Counted from the stretch's first letter, positions 27,401 through 39,760 are shown. The stretch: 64,000 nucleotides of DNA from Kudoa neothunni (GCA_964304625.1 OZ199839.1:8666221-8730220); one strand, 5' to 3'. Made by a program: numbers and translations. Notes: generated by a model from the sequence alone, not told the origin.

Positions 27401-29624
27401 AATAAGATAATAATGCACGCCAATATAATTTGAAAATTACATTTTCATAAATCTCGGACCAACATGGATGATGTTGGACTTGTGGAATTTTTTGGAACCC
27501 TAATTTTAACTGATGTACGTAAGGACTGAGTAGAGCCTATGCTAGAATAATTTAGTTCGGCCGTTGGTAAAGCATATGTATGTACTTTTTCTTCAAGTGT
27601 TTTCATCAAATATTAAGGTACCTATATTTTGGTAATTCTAATATCGGATCTGAAAGGGCGGAATTCGACAAGTTTTGTCCAAGTCGATATATTTACACAT
27701 ATGAGTTGAAATCTTAACTGTGTTTGTATCCTAACGAAGACATTGCTGTTGACAAGCAGTTTTAGCATATTCGAACGAAGATGCTCATTTAAAGCAATAC
27801 ATGCCTATGAATTCGGCTAATCTAGCTGAATGTGGCCGCCTATGGCAGGTTCTATATATTAAACTTAGAATTGGTCGATGTTATTTGTCTATATAGACAT
27901 ATCTTCAACGTGGAAAATATATTAAGATGTGATTTCTTAAATGAGTTGGTTTTAACTTTGTACATCCAACAATTGGAAAGAATTATAAACGAAAATAATT
28001 ATATAAGAACTGATTCCAGTATATATACTGATCAAATAAAATTTTAACTTAAACAAAAAGTGGTAAATTTTGTGCTGAAATTACAAAATGAAAATATGAC
28101 ATTGTTAGTGGTGTGAGCATTTATATTGTAGTCCTACTTCTAATACACAACTGAATTGTTAATAATAAAAAAATATTGATATTGAAAACCTATAAGCGAA
28201 TATATTCGACTAATATTCTTTCACGTGTGCTAATTTATATTCATTGTGTATGGCTGCAAATTAGCGCTGGATCGGATTAATTTAAATTTATTAAGTAAAT
28301 GTGTCGATAGAATTTTGCAATAATTTAAGGACCACATTTCCATAATTATTTAATTAGATTATGCCGAAAATAATTAAACACAGTGGAAACTATACCTACC
28401 TGATTATCACGATCCGTATCAATAGCCCCTTCCTTAAAATTGTTAGGATCTAGTACGCGATTAGATTTTATCACCTATGTTAGTTAACCAAGTAGAACCG
28501 TATAACTTAACACGCAACCAATCTAGTAGTTCAATAATAGATACCACTGGTATGGTATTCTCTAGTTAATAATTGACGTTCGTCGACATGTCATTGTCAT
28601 TATACGTTACACAACCGAAATATATGGATAAGATACATGTGAATTAATTATGTATTAGTTGTTATATTTCCCAAAATGCTCACTTTCCTATCCATCACGA
28701 ATGTATATTACAACTTAAAGCTATTAATCTGCGTAATTTTATCAAAACTTCAACAATAAAATTTATTCATTTTATATTTTATTAAAATTTTAACAAAAGA
28801 ACTAACTGGAATTTTACGTTATTTTAATACATAAAAATCGTAAAAATCATAAGATTGACGGTAAATTAAAATCGATTACAAATGTGACGAGGCATCGTTA
28901 GAATTTTTACTTACAGGTAGTCAAATCTACCATAAAGAATATAAATGTTATTATTTATTAATATTAATTATTATCATGTATTATCGATATTTAGGATGAA
29001 AAATTTGTGGAATAAATGCGATAATTTAGTATAAGAAGAATCATCACATACAGAATTATCGAATCCTTCGTGGCAGATGGTATCGATATTCCAAGCTTGT
29101 TTCTAGGAGGAAAGGGTGATTGTTCAAAAACAATCTACAAATACATTTAGATTACTTTTTCTTCGTGTAGAAGATCGGCTTCTTTTCGAATAATTTCATC
29201 ATACTATCGCACCTCATCAATTTATCACGTACAATCACACAAAATGGATTTACATTAGCTTTACATTCATTAAAATGTGCTTTCAACTGATCATCCAAAA
29301 CATTATTTTGTTGTGCTTTCTCATATTGGACGGTGGCTTGGTTGAGTTTCTCTTTAATACTAATAATAACAGATCAATCGATACACAACCCATTCCAATG
29401 AAACCTACACTTGTTTATCTCTAAGAAGTTGGTCTTTTCTCAACTGAAACTCTTCCATACGCTCTACTCGAGCTTGATGACGCCATCGAAACAAACTGCC
29501 TGTATCGATATTGGGATGGGTATCGTCCTCGTCATCGCTGACCTAGATTTTTTTCTTGTAATTTGAACTCTACCAATTCATTCTAGAATACTTCTATTTT
29601 ACTCCACTTGCTGTAATCTACCAT
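24445..29624 (-). CDS. CDC37: Hsp90 co-chaperone Cdc37, multi-exon
   Basis: [11 protein letters not shown]|[31 protein letters not shown], then [30 protein letters not shown]|[16 protein letters not shown]...[13 protein letters not shown] at 29624, stop 24445-24447, and a 3627-nt intron at 25425-29051. Confidence 0.96.
25541..26075. mobile_element. Tc1/mariner-superfamily (Tc2/pogo-like) MITE inside Cdc37 intron
   Basis: Left CGCGTTTATTCGAAAATAAGACC versus right reverse complement CCGCGTTTCCTCAAAAATAGGACC. TA at the right flank and several internal TAAGACC motifs. Confidence 0.6.
26596..26808. repeat. Two copies of a ~33-bp G-rich motif (AACGGATTT...GGGGT[T/C]TGTGGG...ACTCCAG)
   Basis: Direct repeat near 26596-26628 and 26777-26808, seen directly. 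Confidence 0.7.
27130..27600 (-). pseudogene. Tc1-like DDE transposase remnant inside Cdc37 intron
   Basis: Minus-strand translation ICFTNG.TKLF...IIHVGPRFM...FSNYIGVH...[15 protein letters not shown] parallels the Tc1 pattern FTDESKF...KHGGGSVMVWG.FS..GVG...MN..KYIEIL.N. Multiple stops. Confidence 0.55.
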
Positions 29625-30155
29625 TTTTGTAATTATCTCGAAAACGGTCGTCACCGAGCGAACCGGCAAGTGCATTAACCCCATGCAATCTACCAGCTAA
29701 TGAGAATATTAATATATTACGGTTATACACAAAAATCAATTGTTCTCTCACTAATTAAAATTGGAATGAGTTAATGTTTATTTTCCGATGAGTAGATTCA
29801 TGTTTCTACAGAATATTCGATCAAGAGTTCCACATCGAGCAACAACATCAAATACCTCTCTAATATTAATGACCTTAAAGATTAGCTGTACAGAATAAAA
29901 TAGACGGATCCATTGAACACATTACATTTTAACAATGTTAAAGTAAGATTCCGACTGTCACAGCGGCAAATTAATCCAAGGTCGACTGCACATAAATTCA
30001 TTTATTTTTATTGCAAATCTTTGAGCAGTAACAAAAAAATACACAAAATTTCCAAATAATACAAACAAATCATTCCACAAGTCAAAATTTGTCAATAAAG
30101 TTGATTATTAAAAAATGTTGAGAAAAGACTAACTAGAAGAGTGTCTCAACGATCA

Positions 30156-30335
30156 TTATCTCCGATTCTTTTCACTTTCCAATAGTAGCAAATATTTATC
30201 GAACTCCTCAGAAATAAGATCTTCTTCAGCTTGAAGAATAACGTTGTAGATGGAGTTGATTGTTTGATCGAATTCGTCCATGTTTTCCATCCACATATAA
30301 TCTTCATACTCTTTGGGTACACGAGATGGACTCAT
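30156..30335 (-). CDS. PAIP2: PAIP2-like small acidic protein (59 aa)
   Basis: EYEDYMWMENMDEFDQ...EEDLISEEF resembles the PAIP2 PAM1 acidic core (F.EYMWMENEEEF). True ATG at 30335; the ORF-track start is a TTG. Confidence 0.65.
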   Translation of the reverse strand: MSPSRVPKEYEDYMWMENMDEFDQTINSIYNVILQAEEDLISEEFDKYLLLLESEKNRR

Positions 30336-30830
30336 TGTACGGTTGAGGAATGCCAAAATGACGATGTGACTAGACCTAAATTGTTGATGATGTTGGGTCG
30401 GTGTCAGGATTTAAATATTAATCCTTTATGTAATCCTCCGATATGAACCGAGACGATAAAATTTTTGTACCCAATTAATTTACTATGATAACGAGTACCT
30501 TTTTTGAAAGAGCTGTATTAAACTGAACTATTGCTACCCTAGCTGAGGAGTCTATTAATAACAATTGCTATTTATAGTTGGTAATAGAACCTCCAATTAG
30601 ATAAAATTGAGGCAGTTATCAATTTGGGAGTGACAATTTATCAATCCAATTATACTAACGTTATAGCTTTATAATTGGATTATTTGTATGAATGAATTTT
30701 TGTGTGTATGAGTGGACTTGTGAGAACGATGGGCAGCACTATTTCTCGACACTTACCTTCCATCGAATGACACAATTGATGCTTCGGCTATTATCGTATT
30801 GATTAAAAAAAAATTATTTTCGATTCCAGA

Positions 30831-32057
30831 ATGGACAACAACCATGATTTGATGGCTTTAAAAATACTAGAATTAGCAAAAGTAGAAGGTAACAACAGAT
30901 GTGCCGATTGTCGTGAGATAAGTATATTGGATAACTGGCTGATTGTGGCGAAATGATTCACTGATTTCTCTATTTTTCAGATCCTAAATGGACCAGCTGG
31001 AATTTGGGTGTATTTATTTGTATGAATTGTGCTGGTCTGCATCGGAAGTTGGGTGTGGGTGTGTCCAAAGTGAAATCTATCACATTAGACAATTGGAATG
31101 AACGTTATTTGGAGGTATTGTTTTTGGAATTATTATTATGATTTTTCTTCCAACACACACAATCACTACTCTTAATAGCCCATGAAAGCTATTGGAAATA
31201 TCAAATCAAACGCTTATTATGAAGCTAATCTGCCTTCTTCGTTCCATCGACCTTCCTGCTGTTCCAGTACTGTGTAAGGATTACTGCTATTGATCCCGCT
31301 ATACTGTCTGCATTCAATAGAAAAATGGAAACCTTTATTATAAACAAATACGTGAAAAAATTGTACATATCATCTAGGTCCGAAGATTACCCTTTCGTAT
31401 CTAAAAGTAATTGGTTATATTGTTTATTTGGGAGATTATGACCATTTTTATAGGCACTTCGAAATTAGATCCTGCCAGCAACAATAAGTCAACCTCTAAT
31501 TGCCGTATTTTAGTTTTTATATTATTTAAAGGTGATTTTATTATTTTCTCCCCTAGGGTCCTCTCCAGATGAAATCCGTCATAAAACCGACCGCAATAAT
31601 GACCACAAAAATGATTTAATCAACCTATTTTGTGAATACACATCTTGTGAGGTTGAACAAAATTGCCAAACAAATACGAACAATTTGTCGGTGAATCAAA
31701 CCCAATACCCAACCAATAACAACCACTTGAATCATTCTCTAAGCAATGGTATGATGACTGAGATAGGATTTGAACTCGGATTGATTGGTGATTTCGTAGA
31801 TCAAATTATGAAATTATTTGATAGTCAACAAACACCGCCACAACGCAATCAATTTCATCATTCCCCATCAGCCGCTAGCTTTAGCAATATGAGTTCAACA
31901 CGCCAGGTGATTTATTCGCTTGTGTTGTTGTAGTTATGTGTTTAAATAGTTTATTGATAATCCTTTTTATTCCCCAAAAAGCCCTTCTTTTCCTGATCCC
32001 ACCGGCTCCACAACAATAAACAAGTCAGAAGACCCTTACGAAAATATTTTTAAATAA
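30831..32057 (+). CDS. SMAP1: ArfGAP-domain protein, SMAP1/2-like, multi-exon
   Basis: GNNRCADCREI|NPKWTSWNLGVFICMNCAGLHRKLGVGVSKVKSITLDNW, with C4 zinc finger and catalytic Arg. Followed by GNIKSNAYYEA, ETFIINKYVKK, DQIMKLF (SMAP DSILSLY-like) and a C-terminal NPF. Stop at 32055-32057. Confidence 0.88.
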
Positions 32058-32986
32058 TTTCGTTAGTTTTATAATGATCTTCGATGTTTTAATGATTCTA
32101 AATTCTTTTATTCACATTTCCTACCTCCTGTGACAAATAAACAGACATCTACTTTTTAATTTATACTCAAATGCCATATAGTATTGTTATTATGATTTCT
32201 TTAGTTGGTGTCAACTCAATAAATAAAACACAAATTTAATAGAATAACATCTGATATAGTCAACTTTAAATATTAAGAATTGTATTCCTATCGCTGGAAA
32301 AATAAAATTCGATATTGAAATTGTAGTTTATAAACTTTTCTGATGTAAAATATCTTTTTGGGAATATTTTAATATTCGTCACACTCTAGATCAAGGGTTG
32401 GCAAAGTGCGGCACCAACTTGCCTAAAAAAAAATTTGTTAATAACAATAAAATTTAATATTTTTGACTAGTTAAAAGGTTCATTGGAAAATGATAAAGAA
32501 TGCGCCACCTACAAAACGTACTAATGCTCATATTTTTCGCATTTCTTTTCCACGATTGTTCATGATTAACCCATAGCGGGTTTTCGTTGCTTTTTCGGCT
32601 GTGGCATAAAACATAAAACCGCCATAAAAACTTTCATTATTTGTTGAAATCTTATTATATTTGTAATATCGATTAATTAATGCATTTTTTATTTATTATT
32701 ACAGTATAATTATAGTTAATAATGTATCGGCAAAGATATGATACTAAATAACTCATACCTTGTGCTTAGGTGGTTATAATGCAATGAACAATTTATGATA
32801 TTAGTCTCTTTGAAGAGTGTTATTGTAAATTTAGAAAAATTATATTTAGTTTTATGATATAAACTCAATTTATGAACTATAGAATTACCTAAAATAAGTT
32901 ATAATGGAAGCAATGTGAGGCCGGAAAAACAACGAAGAACGACCATCATGCTATAGCATAATAATCCCTCATTTGTTACTTGAGAG

Positions 32987-34768
32987 ATGAGGTATTGGAA
33001 TTCGATCGACGCAGTTGATGAAATTAATGATGATAATAATGATAATAATAATAATAATAAATAATAATAATAATAATGATGACGATGACGATGACGATGA
33101 TGTTGATGTTTATGAAATAAGTTGAATCGATATTGTAACATTACCTCATGAAACGGTCGATATTTTAACAGATGAAAAAGAAAGTTTGGTCTGCCTAGAT
33201 TCAGACAGTGTTGACATCAGGAATGCCCCCGAAGTTTGCGGGGAAGTTGAAATATTTTCGACATTAGATAATGGTCAAACTGCTGAGAACTACATGTTTG
33301 AGTGGGCAAAAATTCTTCATTCATCAAATTCATCAACCGATGCAGAAACTAATGTTTTATCGCAAAACAAAAATGAATTGCCAACAAACATTTCGCTCGA
33401 AAAATACGATTCACTTGAAGAATTTTATGAATTTTTCGATGAAAGTTTATTGATGCACAATGTTAAACAAAGTAATCTGTACGCTCGCCAGAAGAATGAC
33501 CATTCTTTCCACTTATCGTTGAAGGAACTAAAATCATTCACTGGTATTTTGCTACTGTCTGGATATAATAAATTATCTCAACAACATATGTATTGGGAAT
33601 CTGCAATGGACTCTGGAGTTGATATAGTAAGAAAATGTATCTCCTATAAACGCTTCAAGACTATAAAGTCATATATTCATTTTAATGATAACACCAATTG
33701 AGATCCTGAAGACAAACTTTTCAAACTTACACTAATAATAAAAAAACTAAATAGAAATTTTAAAAAATTTGGTGTTTTCCATAATAACGTTTTTTGTCGA
33801 TGAATAGATGGTTCCATATACCGGTCACCACTCATGCAAAATGTTTGAGAGGAAAACCAATTAGGTTTGTTTTTAAGCAGTGGATGTTGGTCTCTGCGGA
33901 TGGTTTTATGTACAGCTTTGATGTTTATACAAGCAAGTCGGCAAAATATGATAAATATTTTGGCCTCAGTGGCAGTGTTGTGCTGAATTTTGCTGACGAT
34001 CTTAAGGATAAATCAAACCCTCGTATTTATATGGACAATTTTTTCACATCCTATAAATTGTTCGTTGAACTGAAAAAAAGATCTCTCGAAGCAACCTGCA
34101 CCGTGAAAACCAATCGTACAATCGTACTTTCAAATGCTCATTTACATCAAGTAAAGTGATTGAAAAAAAACGAGAGGTTTCTACGAAACATTTAAGGATA
34201 AAGAACTTGGCATTAATTGTCTATATTGGAGAGACACACAACCTGTAGCTCTAATTTTAAACGCACTAAATGCCGAACCTGTCCAACAGATCCGACGATA
34301 TTTTCAATCTAAAAAAAGATACGACAACGTTCCTCAACCTTACATATGTTATATGTACAATAAATATATGGGAGGAGTCGATGTCGTCGATGCTTCAATT
34401 TCATGTTACAGAGTAAATATACAATCTAAAAAATGGTACTGGCCTCTGTTTACCAATATATTACCCCTGGTTGTGGTAAACTCGTATAATTTGGTTACCT
34501 ATACAAATGATGGAAAAATAAAACTGTTAAACCATATTCGAAATATCGTGACATGTTTAATTAGCATTAGTGATCATGAAAAACTTACCAGAATATCGTC
34601 CCTATCAAAACTCCAAGCGTCATCATTGTGCAAAAATCTCTACATAATACCCATCCTGCAGAAAAGGAACATAAATGTATAGTTTTTAAAAAAACTACGA
34701 TATATTTATGTACGAATTGCCAATGTTATATGCATATAAAATGTTCAATAAAATTCCGTAAGGCATAA
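32987..34768 (+). pseudogene. piggyBac (PGBD2/3-like) transposase pseudogene
   Basis: Acidic N-terminus, ELKSFTGILLLSGY, RFKTIKSYIHFNDN, VDE*MVPY, RGKPIRF, DNFFTS, YNKYMGGVDVVD, KKWYWPLF and a Cys-rich end C..F...CTNC..YMHIKC. Stops and frameshifts present. Confidence 0.92.
33025..33110. repeat. Compound (AAT)n/(GAT/GAC)n trinucleotide repeat in transposase N-terminus
   Basis: Seen directly. Confidence 0.9.
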
Positions 34769-35427
34769 TTATTTACAATTTTTTCACTTTAAACCAGCTG
34801 TTTTTTGTAAACCGCAAACACAAACTTGCTATTGGAAAATCGCACGTCAGTAAATTTTCGGCAAATTACGAATTCAACTGTAATTCATTAAATATTTAAT
34901 ATTTCAAAAATCTTTTACACCCGTGTTGTTTATTAATGATTTAATACGTATATTTAAATTATAAATAAAATCTAAACATTGGACACGTTGTGGGCTAATA
35001 GTTCGTATAATATGGTGATTTTATTAATTTTTCTAAATTTTACCTTTAAAATTATATTTTAAGCCAAATATCAACCTGTATACACATAAAATATCGTATT
35101 ATTGGCTTTTAAATGGAATTTGGTGTTCTTACACTACAATGGACGTGTAAATTTGAAAATACAATTTTTTTACGTTGAGATCATCAATAAAAATTTTATA
35201 GCCTCAAAATTTGCTACTCTGATAAGAAAGAAGGCCGGAATTATATTTATCCTTCCCTCGTCGCTATTAACTTGTTATTGTTATGTTTCCAATGAATCAA
35301 TATTTCGTTCGTATGAATTTTTTCAAAGATGAAGAAATATATGAATTCGTGATTCTACTCATTTTGGTAAAAATTAGATAAAAGATAGAGTAACTTACTC
35401 TAAATTATTGAAACTATTACACATATA

Positions 35428-35586
35428 CAGTGCAATCTCGGATTTTATAAATAAGAATAAAAATAGTCATCTATTTGATGAATGGTACAGATTAAACTAA
35501 TTTTCATTATTTGATATGGGAAAAATTTATTAGGAGTTCAAACGCACTTCTATAACTTATTATGGTCGAAATCCGAGGTTGCACTG
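35428..35586. mobile_element. 159-bp pogo/Tigger-like MITE
   Basis: TA|CAGTGCAATCTCGGATTT ... AAATCCGAGGTTGCACTG|TA: 18-bp TIR with 1 mismatch and a TA target duplication. Confidence 0.85.
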
Positions 35587-36243
35587 TATTCACTTAACGT
35601 ATGAAAATTCTTTTAGAATGTTGCTTTGAGCATTAAGTTTATTTTATTGATGTAGAATAACGAATAATTAAGATTATATACACAATTTTCCTTGTATAGT
35701 TGTATTAAATTTTATAAAAGTGCGATTGTAGGATTATGGAATTAAAATCAAAATAATAGTTACTCAATAATGAGTCACAAAATAATTTCTCATTTTCCAA
35801 TATTTAAATAAGTTTTACTTATTTAAATGATCTAGAATAGATTTCATTGTACAATAACAAGCAAATGACGCACATTAATCAATTAATATATTTAAGAATA
35901 AATGAAACATAAACAATAACTTACGCAATATCGAGACTCTAATGTAAGTATTGAACTTTAGAAACGAAGGAATAAAAAATTTAGAACAATAAATAGTAGG
36001 AGTGTGTTAAGAAATTTACCATAAACTTCAATAATAATCTACTCAATAACTTTTGTATTAATAAGTAAACAAATTAATGTCTGAATATCGTTTGTCAAAC
36101 GAATCCTTTTAAAAATTAAATATTTTTCTCCGGAGTTCAAAGTGACATAAATAAACATATTCATATTCAATGCCTTCTTTTTTTGATATCGTTTTGACTA
36201 ACCAATCACATTAACAATAGTTGACGCGCATATGTGTTAAACA

Positions 36244-36399
36244 ATGAAATATGTAAAACCTACTATGGTTGTACCCGATGAACAGAAAGGGTACGGACTT
36301 ACAGTGTTGATCTCAATGGTGTGTTTGTTATCGACGTTGGTTTGTATTGCAATGAAGTTATGTCGTTGTATTCGTCGTCAAAGCAATCGAACCAATTGA
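36244..36399 (+). CDS. Putative 51-aa single-pass membrane microprotein
   Basis: MKYVKPTMVVPDEQKGYGLTVLISMVCLLSTLVCIAMKLCRCIRRQSNRTN*. The ORF has higher GC than its AT-rich surroundings, ACAATG start context, CCAAT at about 36202 and AATAAA at about 36555. Confidence 0.55.
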   Translation: MKYVKPTMVVPDEQKGYGLTVLISMVCLLSTLVCIAMKLCRCIRRQSNRTN

Positions 36400-38489
36400 T
36401 TTTGTACTAATTTATATGTTAAGTGTGTATAATCTGAATTTGTTTGTCTTTATTTAAGCTGTTTTTGGTAAATAATACGTTTGAAATTGCATTTTAATTG
36501 TAGTTTGGGTATTTTTCAATTTATATTCACTTATAATTCAATGTTGATAAAGTAAATAAATTCAAACAACAGCCAAAAATCAATGTATAGGTTATTTTTA
36601 AGGCAGTAAAAATTTGTATTATGCTAGGATATAGTATTAATTTCTTTTAACAAAATTGTGGCCATTTATCATAAATATAGTTCGCTAATATTTAAAAATC
36701 AATTATAACGATTTCACTTGTAAAAAAGTTGGTATTATACAATGTCCAACCATTGATTAAAAAAGAAGCTAGCTAATATTAATGCGCCTCAAAGAATAGA
36801 AAAACTCATCCTAAATTTGTTCGAGTTTAAATCATTATTCAACATTCGATTTATATTTGATTTAAACGACATCAAATTAAGTATATAATAGATTAGAAAT
36901 CATTATCAACAACTTTCGAAAAGTCCCAAGTTAACCAATTATAGTAGATCTTACTCAGTGTGTACGTAATAAGAGAGTCGTCGTATATCTTATGACGCAT
37001 TAGTCCAATACAAAGTCAATTTAACTTTTACAAATACATTATAGTATATATTTATTCACATTAAAATTTGTATATAAATTTTATTAATCAAACAATTTTT
37101 GAAAAGTTCGAATATTTGATAAATTACCTCCTAACCTTGACTCCAAGAAGTAATTATTAACTGGGAAATGTATAAACAACTAATTTAATAGTTTTTAATA
37201 ATGTTTAAAATGAAAACAATCGTCAGAAATGAGTTTTCTTTGATAAATAATAATTCATCAAAAATAAATATAATTACACGATATGTTTATATAATTTTTT
37301 TATTGTTTGATCAGTCGTTCACATCGAATAATTTTTTATTATCCAAATATAGTATATTATAATTTAGATAAATATTTTGTTTAAATATCATATAAATAAT
37401 ATTGTTAAAATTAAATTTCATATTTTGACTATTATACTTAATAGTCAAAATAGACTCTATTTCTTGATATTTATTATTCGGATCAAAACTTTTCAATCTT
37501 TAGAGCTGAAAAATAATTTTGGTAATTTCTAAAAGGTTTCCGATGAATGACCACAAGAAAATTATATTCATCTTCTCCTAAGCTTGTCATTTTCATTATT
37601 CCGATTGTCAATGTACACAACACACTTATTAGATGATGGTTTCTGTGTCAGTTATAAAACAAGTAGTTGGTTTTCTTTTTGTAGGAAATGTGATTATTGT
37701 CCCAATGGCTGAAAATCGCAGCGCTTGGACGGATTTATACCCTCATGAATGGTTGCGAACAACTTCACAATTATCCCTAATTCAATAAAAATCTAGCATC
37801 GTATATCATTTAAACGCATTATTTTTAAAACGATGTCAACCTTAATATAATTAATTGAAATTATATAAAGAAAATATTAAACAAAAAAAGGGTAAAATAA
37901 ATATTTGTGATACTACTAAATTTTCAAAGATCACTTGTTGCACAACATCCCGATTCTTTGTTTCTATCATTTTCTCAATATATATTTTTCAATTAAAAAA
38001 AGTTGTTGCTATTACATAACCGCAAATAAAGAGGAGAGAAACCACCAACGTGTCTTGATGGAAAATTAATCATACATTGTGTTGATATCGAAAATATATT
38101 GATTTCTATTTTAAGAATTAGTTTAAAAATATGATTTAATACAAAATCTTCAAATAACAACAGATTAAGAGCATTTAGTTTGAGTTTTGTTTGTTGGAAA
38201 AAAGTATTAATATTCAAGATCAATAGAATATAATAATTAAATTAATAATATATTCACCAAAATATTTGTTTAAAACATAAAAAAGTAAAATATGTATTTA
38301 GTTTCAAAGTTATACCTAAATTTGAGGCAAAGGAACGTTAGAATATTATTGTAGGTTTTAGTTAACTTAATGAAATCCTTGACTCAATATTTATCTTTCT
38401 CTGTTAAATTTAAAATCAAGAATATTATGAAAAAAGGAATTTATTAATAACAAAAAAATTAATATAAATTTGTGTATTACATAGTCAAT

Positions 38490-39095
38490 TTTCCATCAAT
38501 GATAATCCGTCAAAATAAATCTCATTCCAAAAGATTATTATCAATTATTAACTTTTTAGCAATTGTTATTTTAGTTAATTACAACTTTTCCAATTAATAA
38601 TCACACTTTAAGCACAGTTTAGGAGACAATTTATCAAATAACGCTGAATAATTGCATCTAATAGTGTAGCGTTTAGACAATAAAAATTCATAATTCTAAA
38701 GATAATAATAAAGCTTTAATTAGGATAAAATAAAGATGAAAAAATTCTATGGGGATGGAGAAAGTTTCAATATTCTACATGGCTCAGGCAAAACCGTTTT
38801 TATTGACACATTTTTTTAATTGGTTTTCTTATAATACCATGCAAAAATAAAATAAACATTTAAGCGCACGAATTTTAATCATTTTTCATATTCCTTCATA
38901 GTGAAATATAGAAACCAGTGTTTAACATGAGGATTTGATGTTGACTTCACCATCATTAATGCGATTAGAAGAAAAATTTATTTTTATAATTTAAGAAAAC
39001 ATTTTGATACAATCCAGATGAAAAATGCATATAAGATTTTTTAGAGCCGCTTTCGACGAAAAAAGTCCTAAAAAAACGCGAAAAACAAGGAAGCC
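38490..39095 (+). repeat. ~600-bp dispersed repeat, copy 1 (copy 2 at 46430-47020)
   Basis: Shared blocks in the same order: TTTTCCAATTAATAA, TTTATCAAATA, TGCATCTAATA, TATTCCTTCA, ATTAGAAGAAAAATT, TCCAGATGA, CGACGAAAAAAGTC. Confidence 0.85.
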
Positions 39096-39679
39096 AGCCA
39101 CACCCTCTACAATAGCCAAAATTTTGACTTACACGCGTAATTGCTGACACACGCAAGGCTACCAAGGCCTAGGGTTTCCCTCGAGATCTTGGGGGTTTTT
39201 TCATTTTTTACAAAAAATGAAGTTTTCATTGAAAACCTGTGAACATTGAATAATAACATAAATTTTATTATGTGCGACATTAATATTTATATTTTTAATA
39301 ACGTATCCTATTCAGATTTTATCGTACAGGGTGTAAACATTTAGGATTTTTAACGACAGCACAATAGATTGCTTAACGTGGCACGATTACAAAACTGTTC
39401 AGTTAACATTGTCACACATCATTAGAAAATTTAACGTTATTTCAAAATATATCTTGAATTATGAATTAATTAATTCATTCATTGTGAGCATATTGATCTA
39501 TACTAGACATTAAGTTTGAGTGAGTGTTCGCGCCAATAAATTGCAATAGTACGACGATAAATTTAAATTTAATATCTGTAGACGTAATTAAAGACTCGGA
39601 GAATGAATAAAAACTTTAATAGATACGATTCATTTTTTGTATTTTTCACTAGCGTTTTTCCTAAAACCCCGCTGGCAGC

Positions 39680-39760
39680 CTTGAACATACACACACGGAC
39701 ACTTCAACTTTATGTATATAATAGACTAGCACAAAAACCACGGATTTGCACGGGAGTGAG
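39680..39760 (-). mobile_element. Helitron 3' end fused directly to a Helitron-type 5' end
   Basis: Minus strand reads CCCGTGCAAATCCGTGG-TTTTTGTG-CTAG|TCTATTATATACATAAAGTTGAAGTGTCCGTGTGTG. Confidence 0.55.

Larger units (their letters stand above)
32570..34994 (+). mobile_element. Full-length (~2.4 kb) decayed piggyBac transposon
   Basis: TTAA|CCCATAGCGGGT at the left, and ACACGTTGTGGG|CTAA at the right (reverse complement CCCACAACGTGT, 9/12 match). Encloses a broken transposase. Confidence 0.8.

Noticed and set aside
29575-29830. Heat-shock-element-like nGAAnnTTCn near the Cdc37 start
   Set aside because: Only two-unit or mis-spaced matches, which are expected by chance in AT-rich DNA.
30751-30760. 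ACTTACCT resembling the U1 snRNA 5' end
   Set aside because: No U1 structure or Sm site follows. It is better explained as a minus-strand splice donor.
32670-32710. Splice acceptor in the piggyBac 5' region suggesting an ArfGAP-transposase fusion (CSB-PGBD3 style)
   Set aside because: The ArfGAP has its own stop and polyA signal upstream, and the transposase is disrupted.
32899-33141. 80-aa ORF with poly-His/Tyr/Leu
   Set aside because: It is the antisense reading of the (AAT)/(GAT) repeat in the piggyBac transposase.
38770-38805. LHGSGKT P-loop-like peptide
   Set aside because: It lacks the first Gly of GxxxxGKT and is not conserved in the second repeat copy.
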